Origin: an uncultured Verrucomicrobiae bacterium
GTDB taxonomy: Bacteria; Verrucomicrobiota; Verrucomicrobiia; Chthoniobacterales; JAFAMB01
DNA: 64,000 nucleotides
NCBI GenBank assembly: GCA_963782115.1
Contig: CAWAIK010000001.1
Location: 416,001 to 480,000, forward strand
Direction of reading: 5' to 3'
The position numbers and the translations under genes were made by a program. Shown here in pieces: positions 20,004 to 29,880 of the stretch (position 1 is its first letter; each line of letters begins with the position of its first letter). The notes under the pieces are model-generated. The model saw nothing but the letters and a program-made list of their open reading frames with translations. It was not told the origin of the DNA and did not search any database.

Positions 20004-20792
20004 GTGCACCGTATGTTTGGATTCAGCGCCGTTCGTTTCATTTGTTGGCCCGTCTCGGCCGCTGTTTCTTTGGTCCTGTTCTTCGGCGGTTGCGCTCAGC
20101 GGCCCAGCGCACACGCGCCTGCCGGCCTTGGGCATTTCTCGACAGTGGTGATCGATGCCGGTCACGGTGGAAAAGATAGCGGCGGTGTCAGTGGACGAAG
20201 GGCCCCGATTTTTTTGCGGGAGAAAGACTTGACGCTCGATACGGCTAAGCTGGTTCGCGAGGAGCTGCGTCATGCCGGATTGAGGACCGTCATGACGCGC
20301 GAGGACGATCACTTTGTTGAATTGGATGATCGCGTTCGTTTTGCAAACCGACAAGCTCCCGGAGCTGTCCTCGTCAGCATTCACTACGATGCGGTATCTA
20401 ACCACGCGATGCACGGAGCGAAGACTTTTTTCTGGAGAGGTGACAGTCACGGTTTGGCTACACGGATTCAGCAGCAACTGATTTCGGCAACGGACGAAAC
20501 GGATCTGGGTGTGATTCGACGCCGCTTGAGGCTCACGCGTAACCCGGAGATTCCAAGCGTCCTCTGTGAGTGCGCCTACGTAACAAACCCGGCGGAAGCG
20601 CAGAAAGCATCCATGGAAAGTTACAGGCGGCGGATCGCGCATGGCATTGCTCAGGGCATTTTGGAAGAGCACAAGCTGGGTGATGCCGGTATTGCGCCGG
20701 TTCCAGAAATTTTTGCTCCGATGTCAACGGCCTCTGACAAATTCCAATCCCACAGGAAGCATTCGCATCATCATCCGCGACACAAAACCTAG
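20004..20792 (+). CDS. N-acetylmuramoyl-L-alanine amidase (Amidase_3), probable lipoprotein
   Basis: VIDAGHGGKDSG, EKDLTL, SIHYD, VLCEC; FGGC lipobox; His-rich tail. Confidence 0.9.
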   Translation: MHRMFGFSAVRFICWPVSAAVSLVLFFGGCAQRPSAHAPAGLGHFSTVVIDAGHGGKDSGGVSGRRAPIFLREKDLTLDTAKLVREELRHAGLRTVMTREDDHFVELDDRVRFANRQAPGAVLVSIHYDAVSNHAMHGAKTFFWRGDSHGLATRIQQQLISATDETDLGVIRRRLRLTRNPEIPSVLCECAYVTNPAEAQKASMESYRRRIAHGIAQGILEEHKLGDAGIAPVPEIFAPMSTASDKFQSHRKHSHHHPRHKT

Positions 20793-20969
20793 CAAGGATG
20801 GTCAGCCGCTGCTCACATAGTTCCCACAAAGGATTGGAACCAAACCGCTTATCTTCGGCTGCGGCAACAATGGGAACGATAATTTGGGCGGCCGAAAACT
20901 GGATGAGAGTCTCTCCGGATCTGTGAAATCGGCGAAATCTGCGGTTTCAAGTTCCGGTGAAGTGAACCG

Positions 20970-21920
20970 TCAACCCGGCACCGGATAGCGCGGTTTTTGC
21001 CCCGATAAGACTCGAATAATATCGGTTATTGCGCTGCGCCGGAGCTTTTGACTCGCCTCAACCGAGTACCATGCGGCATGCGGTGTGACGATCACATTCT
21101 CCAGTTGCAAAAGTTCCTGCGGAATCTTCGGTTCAGTCTCCAAGACGTCCAATCCTGCTCCGCTCAGCTGATTTGATCGGAGTCCTCGGATCAATGCTTC
21201 CGTATCGATGAGCCCGCCACGGCTGACATTAATCACGATCGGTTTTCTTGTCATCAGATCTATCTCTTTTTTTGAGATGAAATGATGAGTCGTTGGAGAG
21301 TAGGGGAGATGGAGCGAAATAATTTCGCATTCAGAAAAAATCTCCTCAGGAGAACTTGGCTTAGTCCCCTTGGACTCAATCACCCCGGTTGATAACTGAG
21401 GATCGTAACCGAGGATCTCCTGCACGAAGACGCGCATTTTTCCGGCGAAATTCGAACCGATTCGGCCTAAACCGAAGATCCCAAGCCGCAACTCTTTCAG
21501 GAAGTGGATTGTGCCGGCGACATTGGAATCCCACCGGCCCTGTTCGACACTTCGATGGAATTGTATTAGGTGGCGATGAACGGCAAAGAGCAACGCGATC
21601 GCGTGATTTGCTACATCTTCTGTTCCATAATCCGGAACGTAACAGACCTCTATCCCATATTTCCGGCAGCCTGGGACGTCGATGATATCGAAACCCACGC
21701 CCATCCGCGTAACCACTTTGCAGAGCCGGAGCCGCGCTGCGATCGATTTGCTGATCGGAACCTCGTGGGTCATCACAGCGGCCGCATCCGCAACCTGGTC
21801 TGTAAGCTCGCCTTGCAGCCGGACCGGTACCAACTCGAACCCGGTCCCTGCCAACAACTCTTCCTCCATCGACAAGTCGGGATAGGGTGGATTGAGATAA
21901 TAGATCCGTTGACCTTTCAT
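20970..21920 (-). CDS. D-isomer 2-hydroxyacid dehydrogenase (CtBP-like)
   Basis: GVGFD, GLGRIG, INVSRG, LDVLETEP, TPHAAWYS. Confidence 0.92.
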   Translation of the reverse strand: MKGQRIYYLNPPYPDLSMEEELLAGTGFELVPVRLQGELTDQVADAAAVMTHEVPISKSIAARLRLCKVVTRMGVGFDIIDVPGCRKYGIEVCYVPDYGTEDVANHAIALLFAVHRHLIQFHRSVEQGRWDSNVAGTIHFLKELRLGIFGLGRIGSNFAGKMRVFVQEILGYDPQLSTGVIESKGTKPSSPEEIFSECEIISLHLPYSPTTHHFISKKEIDLMTRKPIVINVSRGGLIDTEALIRGLRSNQLSGAGLDVLETEPKIPQELLQLENVIVTPHAAWYSVEASQKLRRSAITDIIRVLSGQKPRYPVPG

Positions 21921-22070
21921 AATTCTGGCTATTCAACGTTCAGCCTCTCCGTGGATCAAGCTCTCACTCAAGAAACTGCGGAGAAACGCGGGCGAACGCA
22001 GAGCGGAGATTGCCGACTGGCGTAATGAATATCTCCCAAGACCGGTGTACCAGAGTTACAATACGACTCT

Positions 22071-22409
22071 ATGTATCAGACTTCCGTTCATTCGAACGAC
22101 GTTGATTGGAAGCCGGCGCGGTTCCCCGGTGTTTACTTGAAGATTCTGAATGGAGACCCGGAATTGGAGGCGTCCGTTGTGCTGCGCAAACTGGAACCAA
22201 ATGCCATTATCCCGAAACATTATCACGCGGAGACCGACGAGACTGTCTATGTTCTGGAGGGTGATTTTATTGAAGATGGTAAGGCGTACGTCCCGGGCCA
22301 CGTTTTTTTCGCGAAGGCCGGGTTTCCGCATGGTTCCCACACCACAGCAAAAGGTTGTATCGTCCTGACCGTTTTTTCAGCCAAGCTCGATGTCCATGTC
22401 GTTGACTAG
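22071..22409 (+). CDS. Cupin domain protein (ChrR-like)
   Basis: HYH...E.VYVLEG...PH cupin motifs. Confidence 0.85.
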   Translation: MYQTSVHSNDVDWKPARFPGVYLKILNGDPELEASVVLRKLEPNAIIPKHYHAETDETVYVLEGDFIEDGKAYVPGHVFFAKAGFPHGSHTTAKGCIVLTVFSAKLDVHVVD

Positions 22410-22800
22410 CAATCACTATCGTTACTGGGTGTCGGATCCGGCCGATCCCCGTTTTCGCGCAACCGCCGTGCTTGAGGATGAAGAGCTTCTGATCGACATT
22501 CGAACGGAGCTGGAATCTGGCGAGCGCTCTGCCGTTTTGAGTGAACCGGATCAATTGCGAAAGATTCTTGCGCACTTTTTTTCCCGCTACAAGAGCATCC
22601 GCACATCTTGGTGGGTCGGGAATAATTTGACGACTTTCAATCGAGCCACAGCGGCTGGAGCAACGCCTGAAGAAGCGGCAGTACGAACCGCGTTGGGTCA
22701 TCAAGTTGCTTTGGCCGGTTTTTCGCACCCTCTGATTCGATCTCTGGAAGGTTTTCCCGCCCGATATACAAAAATCGTGGTGAGTTTCAGGAGACCCTAA
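22390..22800 (+). CDS. Hypothetical protein, possibly related to a polymorphic-toxin C-terminal domain
   Basis: 136-aa ORF overlapping the cupin gene; NLTTFN...PEEAA..T..G....GF pattern. Confidence 0.55.
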   Translation: MSMSLTSNHYRYWVSDPADPRFRATAVLEDEELLIDIRTELESGERSAVLSEPDQLRKILAHFFSRYKSIRTSWWVGNNLTTFNRATAAGATPEEAAVRTALGHQVALAGFSHPLIRSLEGFPARYTKIVVSFRRP

Positions 22801-22978
22801 CCTGCATCGCTCACAGATGTTGCAGCATGGGCAATGACCTTACGATCTGTAAATCATGATTCGTCCGCTTCCCATCTGATGAAGAATTCGCCTCGTCTAG
22901 CACCCGATTCGACGCCAATATTCGTTCCGGGCCATGATTATTTGTCTCCTGAACTCCGGCAACTCCTGACTCCGAAAG

Positions 22979-23302
22979 ATGAAGCCTGCTCTGACTCTGA
23001 CTGCGTTCTATTTCGCGTTTGCTTTACCAAGGTTCCCGGTCGCCGCGCAGGAGCATGTAAATGTTCCGCTTCCTCCGTACGATCCTCCTCCGCCGGCGTC
23101 TCATCATGGTGAGACACACGATGATCAACCTCCACGCGTTTCTCGACAGACTCATTCACAATCCAGAGTTTCTCCGCGGCCTCATCCACAACCCAAAGCG
23201 CGCCACGTCAAAAGCTCCCACCACCCTCAGCACCATCATCGACACCATGTTCCACCTCGACGCCACAGCTTTTTCCATTGGCCTTGGCAACATCATAAAT
23301 GA
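22979..23302 (+). CDS. Secreted Pro/His-rich low-complexity protein
   Basis: Signal peptide then PPYDPPPP and HHPQHHHRHH. Confidence 0.65.
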   Translation: MKPALTLTAFYFAFALPRFPVAAQEHVNVPLPPYDPPPPASHHGETHDDQPPRVSRQTHSQSRVSPRPHPQPKARHVKSSHHPQHHHRHHVPPRRHSFFHWPWQHHK

Positions 23303-23721
23303 TTCGGCTGATCGGTTACTGGCCGCCCGAAGGGAAATCTAGGTCGAGAAATAACATTTCCAGTTTCCGACACGCACCATTTCGGAAGGTTACAATGGAA
23401 ACAGCGACCTCCAAACAGGAGGCTGCGATAAAAAGCCGCCCGGAAAAACGCCTGCCCGCACCGAGGGCATTTCCAGTTTGCCAGCCAGGCCGCAATGAAA
23501 AAGTAAGCGACAAAGGTTAAGGCAAAGAATAGCCCCGGAACGAAAAAGGCGAACCGGAGTTCGAGCATTGCCGCGAAGAAGAGACAAAGCACCGCAAGCC
23601 GGCGCCGGCGGTAAGAGGCCCAGGCACTTGCATACTCCGGATCCACCCATGTGCAGGAGGATTGTTTTGAGCTCTTCTGTAATTTAGATGCCTTCATCCG
23701 AACGGATATTTCGACCGACAA
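23293..23721 (-). CDS. Hypothetical 2-TM protein with CxxC...CxxC zinc ribbon
   Basis: KCPRCG and CFHC after two TM helices; start uncertain. Confidence 0.6.
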   Translation of the reverse strand: MSVEISVRMKASKLQKSSKQSSCTWVDPEYASAWASYRRRRLAVLCLFFAAMLELRFAFFVPGLFFALTFVAYFFIAAWLANWKCPRCGQAFFRAAFYRSLLFGGRCFHCNLPKWCVSETGNVISRPRFPFGRPVTDQPNHL

Positions 23722-23810
23722 GCCCGGGGTTCCGGAAGGCTTTAAGAGAGATTTAATGTTTGATCCAGCCAGTCGAAGATCCGTGCGGAAAGCTGGCGGT
23801 TATTTCTGTG

Positions 23811-24770
23811 TCAAGAGCCGGCCCCGTTGTTTCCCTTAAAGGCGCTGGCTTCATTTAACTTGCACAATTCGGCATCGCTCAGTCGCACGTCTGAAACGCG
23901 CAGTAAATCGGGAAGCTGTTCGGTGGTACGTGCGCTGGCAATCGGGGCGACGACAGTCGGTTGGGCGGCAAGCCACGCGAGCGCGATAGTGGCGACTGCG
24001 GTATTGTGCGTGGCTGCGACCGCATCCAACGCGGCCAGAACCTTGATCCCTTTCTCGTTCAAGTAGGCGCCCGCGCTTTGCGCGCGCTGACTCTGAACAT
24101 TCGCGTCCGGGCGGTATTTGCCTGTCAGAAAGCCGGAGGCAAGCGCGTAGTATGGTATCGAGGAAAGTCCTTCACGCGCTACGAGGTCTGCGAGCTCACC
24201 CTCGTATTTGTCGCGTTCGACCAGGTTGTAATGCTGTTGGAGAGCAACGTATCGAGCGAGTCCTTCGCGATCAGAGACTGCCAACGCTTCGGCCAGCCTG
24301 GGAGCCGTATAGTTGGAGGCAGCGATATACCGTACTTTACCTTCGCGAATCAAAGCATCAAAAGCGCCAAGAGTCTCTTCAAGAGGCGTCTGTTCGTCGT
24401 CTGCGTGCGCGTAATACAGGTCGATATACTCGGTCTGGAGTCGTTTAAGTGAATTTTCTGCGGCGGCCCGAATGGTCTTGGCTGACAGCCCTTGAAATTG
24501 AGGATGCTTTCCTACCTTGGTGCCGATGATTGTTTGGTCGCGCCTTCCCCGGCTTGCAAGCCAGCGTCCAAGAATGGTCTCCGATTCGCCGCCTGAATTA
24601 CCGGGTGCCCACGCAGAGTAAACGTCAGCTGTATCGATAAAGTTCCCGCCTCCTGCTGCATATCCGTCCAGGACAGCAAACGACGCTTCTTCGTCTGCCG
24701 TCCATCCAAAAACGTTTCCTCCAAGCGCGAGTGGATAAACATCGAGATCGGTCGAACTGATTTTTGCCAT
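23811..24770 (-). CDS. Aldo/keto reductase
   Basis: LGGNVFGW, DTADVY, SLKRLQTEYIDLYYAH, LASGFLTGKY. Confidence 0.93.
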   Translation of the reverse strand: MAKISSTDLDVYPLALGGNVFGWTADEEASFAVLDGYAAGGGNFIDTADVYSAWAPGNSGGESETILGRWLASRGRRDQTIIGTKVGKHPQFQGLSAKTIRAAAENSLKRLQTEYIDLYYAHADDEQTPLEETLGAFDALIREGKVRYIAASNYTAPRLAEALAVSDREGLARYVALQQHYNLVERDKYEGELADLVAREGLSSIPYYALASGFLTGKYRPDANVQSQRAQSAGAYLNEKGIKVLAALDAVAATHNTAVATIALAWLAAQPTVVAPIASARTTEQLPDLLRVSDVRLSDAELCKLNEASAFKGNNGAGS

Positions 24771-24858
24771 CTTCGAAGCTACTGATCCCTTCTCGCTTGT
24801 CGAGCGAGTCCGCAACTTTGTGCACCGCCAGCAAACTGGGAAAGGCAGCTTCCATCGT

Positions 24859-25079
24859 TTTGTGATCTGCTGTGCAAATGATTTTTCTTCGTTCCCACGG
24901 CACTAAGACAGAAAAAAAGCAAAAGTCATTTTTGAACAGAAGATCGCAAAGATCACAAAGAGTCACTGTCTTTAAGAGCCCTCGGAGGCACGTGGGCCTG
25001 CGTTGTCTAAATCGCGATCAGCAACGAACGAAACGCTCATAATCCCCACTCGTCCTCTTGTTCTGAAATCGTAATCGTC
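24859..25079. repeat. Copy 2 (partial) of the palindromic element at 16365-16740
   Basis: About 220 bp nearly identical to 16516-16737. Confidence 0.9.
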
Positions 25080-25126
25080 CCGTTCTCGACTTCTATGGAC
25101 GCGGAAAACGCGCCGATTGCCGAAAA

Positions 25127-25279
25127 CGTTCAGCGTTCAACGTTCAACGTTCAGCGTTCAACGTTCAACGTTCAGCGTTCAACGTTCAACGTTCAGCGTT
25201 CACGTTCAACGTTCAGCGTTCAACGTTCAGCGTTCAACGTTCAACGTTCAACGTTCAACGTTCAGCGTTCAACGTTCAA
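25127..25279. repeat. Heptamer tandem array (CGTTCAR) x22
   Basis: 22 units of CGTTCAA/CGTTCAG counted, one of them 6 nt (25197-25202). Confidence 0.95.
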
Positions 25280-25422
25280 AGATCGACGATTGGGAGAAGT
25301 CCTACACCGCTCTAACCGTTCGTTACGCCAAAAAGTTGGACAAATGAGCCGGGTTTTGACCACGAGCCCGGGTGTAGACCACTGGTCCGTTTGAGGTGGA
25401 AGACTTCGCTAAATAGATACTG

Positions 25423-26199
25423 CTATTTCGGGGAAGGTGCACTAGCCAACGCCGCCTCCACGGCGCCTGGAAAGAGCTCCGTGACCTCACCTTCCAACCG
25501 CAGAGAAACTGATGGGTGGTCGTCCTGGTCTGTCGCTCCGCGATTGACGATGACATACGGAATACCGCGGTTCGCGGCCAGCAAGGGAAACGAGGCGGCG
25601 GGATGAACCGAGAGCGTGGACCCAAGCGCTACCACCAGATCTGCCCTCCGCGCTGCTTCGCCGGCGCGCTCAAGGGCAAGCGCATCGAGATTTTGTCCGA
25701 AACTAATGGTCGCCGGCTTCAGGTAGCCGCCGCAGTCGCAAAGCGGCGGTTTGCGATGGATTCGGAATTTCTCAAAACAGGGCTCAGGATCACCGCGCCA
25801 GTGACAGGTTTGGCATTCCACCAGCAGGTTGGTGCCGTGCAGCTCGATCAGGTGTTCGCGATCGGAACCGGCGAGAGCGTGCAATCCATCGATGTTCTGG
25901 GTGAGCACGGCAGCGACTCTGCCCATATTTTCCAATTTTACGATTGCCTGGTGTACCGGGTTTGGCCGCGCGGCGCGAAATGCCGGCCAAGCCTCGAGCT
26001 TGTAGTCCCAGTGCTCGATTCGGGCCGCTTCCGAGGTCATGAAGTCCTGGTAATACACCGGCCTGCGACGAGTCCAAACGCCGTTCGGTCCTCTGAAATC
26101 AGGGATTCCGCTTCCGGTCGAAATACCAGCGCCGGTAAAGATCATTATCCGGTGTGCTTTTCGGATGTATCCGACCAATTGTTCCAGCTCAGGAGTCAT
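25423..26199 (-). CDS. Sir2 family NAD-dependent protein deacylase
   Basis: GAGISTGSGIPDFRG, TQNIDGLH, HG, CxxC/CxC Zn site. Confidence 0.93.
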   Translation of the reverse strand: MTPELEQLVGYIRKAHRIMIFTGAGISTGSGIPDFRGPNGVWTRRRPVYYQDFMTSEAARIEHWDYKLEAWPAFRAARPNPVHQAIVKLENMGRVAAVLTQNIDGLHALAGSDREHLIELHGTNLLVECQTCHWRGDPEPCFEKFRIHRKPPLCDCGGYLKPATISFGQNLDALALERAGEAARRADLVVALGSTLSVHPAASFPLLAANRGIPYVIVNRGATDQDDHPSVSLRLEGEVTELFPGAVEAALASAPSPK

Positions 26200-26256
26200 C
26201 TCACGCAATTTCAAACCACGGACCGGGTCTGTCCAAGAATCACATTCTTCAATGAA

Positions 26257-26856
26257 TCACGGCGAAGAATTATTCAGTGATGTACGGAAGATTTTCAGGT
26301 CTTTCTCCACGATGTCGGGAGACTGGCGCCCATACTCCGGGCTCAGATAATCTGGAAGGATCGCAAGGTCGTTTTTCGGATCGGTGACCCCAAGGCTGAA
26401 CGAAATGCCCTTGACGATCTGGACAGGTTGATAGGATTCGATCCGCTTTTGGTGCGCCTCTTGTTTTTGCTCCTCCTGCAGCTGCATCTCCTTCCGAGCG
26501 AACGTTTCGCTCCTGGTGGGCTCGGGCGAAGTGCCGAAGTCCACTTTTTGTTCACCAATGACCGTCAATGCCGGAAGTTCAATCGCCTTGGTGAGATCTT
26601 TCGAAAATTTTTCGCGATCGGCCGGTTTGAGTTCGGACAGGGAAAACTGGAATTCGCCTTCTCTGCTCTGAATCAACAGTGCAGAAGAATTGCGGCTCAA
26701 CACCTGGATATCATGGAAAGTTTTGCCTGCAGCCGTGGTGAGATCTTCTCCACGGGCAGAAACCGCGCCGATTGTCCACAAAAAGACAAAGACGGTATTG
26801 CGTAGCCCCACCCTCGCTGTTCGCCTGGTGTCACAATTGAATGGGTGTTGGTCCAC
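26257..26856 (-). CDS. Hypothetical secreted protein
   Basis: Signal-like segment then LTTAAGKTFHDI...ELKPADREKF small beta domain. Confidence 0.55.
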   Translation of the reverse strand: MDQHPFNCDTRRTARVGLRNTVFVFLWTIGAVSARGEDLTTAAGKTFHDIQVLSRNSSALLIQSREGEFQFSLSELKPADREKFSKDLTKAIELPALTVIGEQKVDFGTSPEPTRSETFARKEMQLQEEQKQEAHQKRIESYQPVQIVKGISFSLGVTDPKNDLAILPDYLSPEYGRQSPDIVEKDLKIFRTSLNNSSP

Positions 26857-27021
26857 GCCGGAGACCCTAACCGCGAATCGAACTGCGAACCAGCTAAAAT
26901 CTGCTTCCGCTGTTCAGCCAGAACCGAACGTTGATTCCGTTGGGTTTTTTCGTGCGAAATCGGAGAATGGCCCCTTGAAAACTCCCGTGCAGCCGCGGCA
27001 ATCTTGAGAGACAATTCTTTC

Positions 27022-27546
27022 ATGCCCATTAAGAGCCGAATCACTGCAGAAAAAACAGACATCACCCAATTGCCCGTCGATGCAATCGTGAATGCCGCTA
27101 ACATCTCGTTGCTGGGCGGGGGTGGAGTGGACGGTGCGATCCACCGTGCGGCCGGTCCCGAGTTACTCGAGGAGTGCCGAAGTCTGGGCGGGTGCGAAAC
27201 AGGCCACGCGAAAATCACGAAGGGTTATCGGTTGCCGGCGAAGTGGGTCATACACACGGTGGGACCGGTATGGCACGGAGGCACACGCCACGAGCCCGAA
27301 CTCCTGGCGAGCTGCTACAGATCTTGTTTCAAAATAGCGGCTGAACACCATCTCCGAAGCCTTGCTTTTCCGGCGATCAGTTGCGGAGTGTTCGGCTATC
27401 CAATCGGTCAAGCGACCGAAATCGCAGTTCGCGAAACCGTAACCGCTTTGAAAGCGAATGAATTAATTGAACGAGTGTATTTTGCTTGTTTTGGCGAAGA
27501 GGTGTATTCCGCCTACACATCGCGTTTGGATCGGCTGGTAGACTAG
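27022..27546 (+). CDS. ymdB: Macrodomain O-acetyl-ADP-ribose deacetylase
   Basis: DAIVNAAN.SLLGGGGVDGAIHRAAG, VIHTVGPVW, AFPAISCGVFGYP. Confidence 0.92.
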   Translation: MPIKSRITAEKTDITQLPVDAIVNAANISLLGGGGVDGAIHRAAGPELLEECRSLGGCETGHAKITKGYRLPAKWVIHTVGPVWHGGTRHEPELLASCYRSCFKIAAEHHLRSLAFPAISCGVFGYPIGQATEIAVRETVTALKANELIERVYFACFGEEVYSAYTSRLDRLVD

Positions 27547-27674
27547 GGGGAAAACCCGCCGACCTATCTCGCGTTTGAGATCAACCGCAAGTGAAGGTCT
27601 CCGCTTGGGAATCTTCCATGCAAACTGGATTACCTCAGGATTCTGTAACTCCTGGCTCCTGACTCCTCCTCCCC

Positions 27675-29087
27675 TCAATATTTTCTTCGAGCTTGCGGCG
27701 GCGGTGTTTCAATGTTTTCCAGGTCAATACCGTTTTCCTGCAGGGTTCGGAGGATATTATCCAGCAGCAAAGGGAGGCCGTCGACATTGTTTTCGCGGTT
27801 CAAAGTGTGAAAGTTCACGATCTGTTCGCGGACTCTAAGCGTGAGGAGGGATTTGAATTGTTCGACGGGATCCGTCATCGGTGCTCCGGTATCGGCCCTC
27901 CGACTGACCGCTTGATCGAAGTTTTCGCTGGCCAGATCGCTTAGGGTTTCGCGCAACGCGGCCACAGTTTCTGTCAATCGCGCGTTTTCTTCTCGTAACT
28001 TTCCAACCTCCTTGCCGGTCTCAATCGCATGTACCTCTCCCGGCCGCGATGGTTGATGCGATTGGCGAAGCTGATTCCTCGCGGTTTGCAACTCTTCGCG
28101 AAGACCGTCAAACTGGATCTGGATTTGCTTCAGAAGATCCGGTACATCCAAACCCGGTTTTTGAGGTCTTTCGTGGTGTGCAGGCGGCTTCTCCAATCTC
28201 TGCCGATGTGATTTTTCGTGTCGACTTACACTCTGACCGGCGGCCTGGGATTTGCCTGGTTGATGCTGCTGCGGGCGTCGATTCAGTTGATGTTGATGTA
28301 GAACCGATCCTTGCGCGGTCAACTGAGTAGCCGGCTCCGGACCCGATGAATCCTGGCGATCGTCGCCGGGCTTGACCAATTTCGGTTGAAGGAAATCTTT
28401 CAATATGGGGGGCAAGTCTTCCTCCGCGAGCTGTTTCTGCCAGCGCGAACTCCATTTTCTCAAAGTCTTGCCCAACTCCTGTTGGAGCGGTTCCGGGATT
28501 GCCGTGAGCGGTTGAAAAGGTTTGGCCCATTGGAAAACCGCTACTGCGGCCGGAGGGTTGGCACCCGCCGCACACTCGATCGCAGTCAGCGCGACGAGCT
28601 CTGCTTCGGCCTGCTTAAGAGATTTCAAGTCGAGCTGCAACAGCCATGGTTTATTTTTTCCGATCAGAACGCTGTAAAAGATTTGGCGGTCTTTTGGATC
28701 CAGGCCGCTTTCGGTCCGCAAACTTTGCAAGGTGGCCACGATCAGCTTAAGCGCCGAAGACGGATCCAGCTTGTGCAGGCCGCGCGCGATGCTTAGACGC
28801 ATTCGCCTTGAGGCTTCTGATTCCAACGGCTTCAGAGCGGCGAGGAAGCTTCGTTGTTTGGCTTGGGTCAATTGGGGCCACGCTTCCAAAGCGCCGTTCA
28901 CTGGAATGAACCATGGCAGATCCCCGAGAAGTTCCAGCGCGCTCGACAGCGGTTTTCCTCCCGAGGCGACCAATTCCTTGAACAGGGCAGCGCCTTTTTG
29001 TTCGTCGGCAGAGGAAAGCCGTCCGCTGCGGGAATTCTCGATGATAACCCGCAGTTCATCGATGAGGGGTTGAAAATTTTTCGCCAT
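27675..29087 (-). CDS. Hypothetical protein: helical N-domain, Gln/Pro/His-rich linker, coiled coil
   Basis: Long ORF with protein-like composition; no family recognised. Confidence 0.7.
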   Translation of the reverse strand: MAKNFQPLIDELRVIIENSRSGRLSSADEQKGAALFKELVASGGKPLSSALELLGDLPWFIPVNGALEAWPQLTQAKQRSFLAALKPLESEASRRMRLSIARGLHKLDPSSALKLIVATLQSLRTESGLDPKDRQIFYSVLIGKNKPWLLQLDLKSLKQAEAELVALTAIECAAGANPPAAVAVFQWAKPFQPLTAIPEPLQQELGKTLRKWSSRWQKQLAEEDLPPILKDFLQPKLVKPGDDRQDSSGPEPATQLTAQGSVLHQHQLNRRPQQHQPGKSQAAGQSVSRHEKSHRQRLEKPPAHHERPQKPGLDVPDLLKQIQIQFDGLREELQTARNQLRQSHQPSRPGEVHAIETGKEVGKLREENARLTETVAALRETLSDLASENFDQAVSRRADTGAPMTDPVEQFKSLLTLRVREQIVNFHTLNRENNVDGLPLLLDNILRTLQENGIDLENIETPPPQARRKY

Positions 29088-29115
29088 AGAAATCGCAGTC
29101 TGAATGGGCCGGCTG

Positions 29116-29754
29116 CTAAGGCAGGAGTCCTTTCGCCTTCTTTTGTGCAAGTGCTGCAATCACTTTGTCACCACTCTCGGAGGAATGAAATCCCGGCATC
29201 TTGCTGAGCCAGCGAAAAACCGGTTCGGCTAATTCGCCGGGCATCGCGGGAACCAGTTGGCTTAGCAGTTGCAACTCCTTGACGGCCGCTTCGGCAACGT
29301 CTTCAACCAGGACTTGCCCAGCGTCGGTCGGGGAAACACCCATGCTTAGCGCCTTCTTGTAGATCTCCATGCTGTTCAAACAGAGCGTCCGGGTACGCGG
29401 GTAGAAACTCAACATGAGATTCCAAGGGTCCTCCCCTTGATCTCCAGCGCGCCGGAAATCAGTTCGTACAAGCAGGGAAGGAATATCTGCGAATTTCGCA
29501 AACATGAATTCAGTCACTGTTCCCGAATCCAGTTCCGGCCCGTCGAAATTGAAAAGGGCAAGATCACAGCCGATCAAGGTAACGATATCTTGGTCGCGGA
29601 TATCCTGAGGAGCCATCTCCCGTTCCTCCAGAGTTTGAGGAAGGACACAAATGAAGTTCAGATTTGAGACCTTCGCAATCGCATCCGCCAGGGCCGCGTT
29701 GCCCACCAAGTGTTTGGAAGAGAAAAGCTCGCCGGCAAAATAAACCAAAGACAT
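29116..29754 (-). CDS. Nucleoside 2-deoxyribosyltransferase family protein
   Basis: VYFAGELFS, LPQ, DSGTVTE, RTDFR, WNLM. Confidence 0.85.
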   Translation of the reverse strand: MSLVYFAGELFSSKHLVGNAALADAIAKVSNLNFICVLPQTLEEREMAPQDIRDQDIVTLIGCDLALFNFDGPELDSGTVTEFMFAKFADIPSLLVRTDFRRAGDQGEDPWNLMLSFYPRTRTLCLNSMEIYKKALSMGVSPTDAGQVLVEDVAEAAVKELQLLSQLVPAMPGELAEPVFRWLSKMPGFHSSESGDKVIAALAQKKAKGLLP

Positions 29755-29880
29755 TCAGCATTCAGATCGGGCGAAACCATTCAGCCTCAAAGGGAATTAA
29801 TCAAGCGGATTTCCTGGCGTATCTCCATTGGACGGCTTTCGGAACAGCGGGTAATAGCTTCTCACATGAGAGCGGATGAA

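Noticed and set aside
19995..20672. Long antisense ORFs (also 25516-26280, 56017-56766, 60574-61299)
   Set aside because: Shadow frames of well-supported genes on the opposite strand in GC-rich DNA
20840..20950. Short AAATCTGCG-type motifs here and near 44940, and CTCCTGR heptamers near 27650
   Set aside because: Probably decayed REP-like remnants, too degenerate to delimit or support as features
25095..25394. ORFs made of NVQRSTF repeats
   Set aside because: They are translations of the heptamer array, with no independent sign of coding
25423..27546. SirTM operon or Thoeris-type defence system
   Set aside because: The sirtuin is a canonical Zn-binding deacylase, the genes are divergent and separated, and no GcvH-L, lipoate ligase or TIR partner is present
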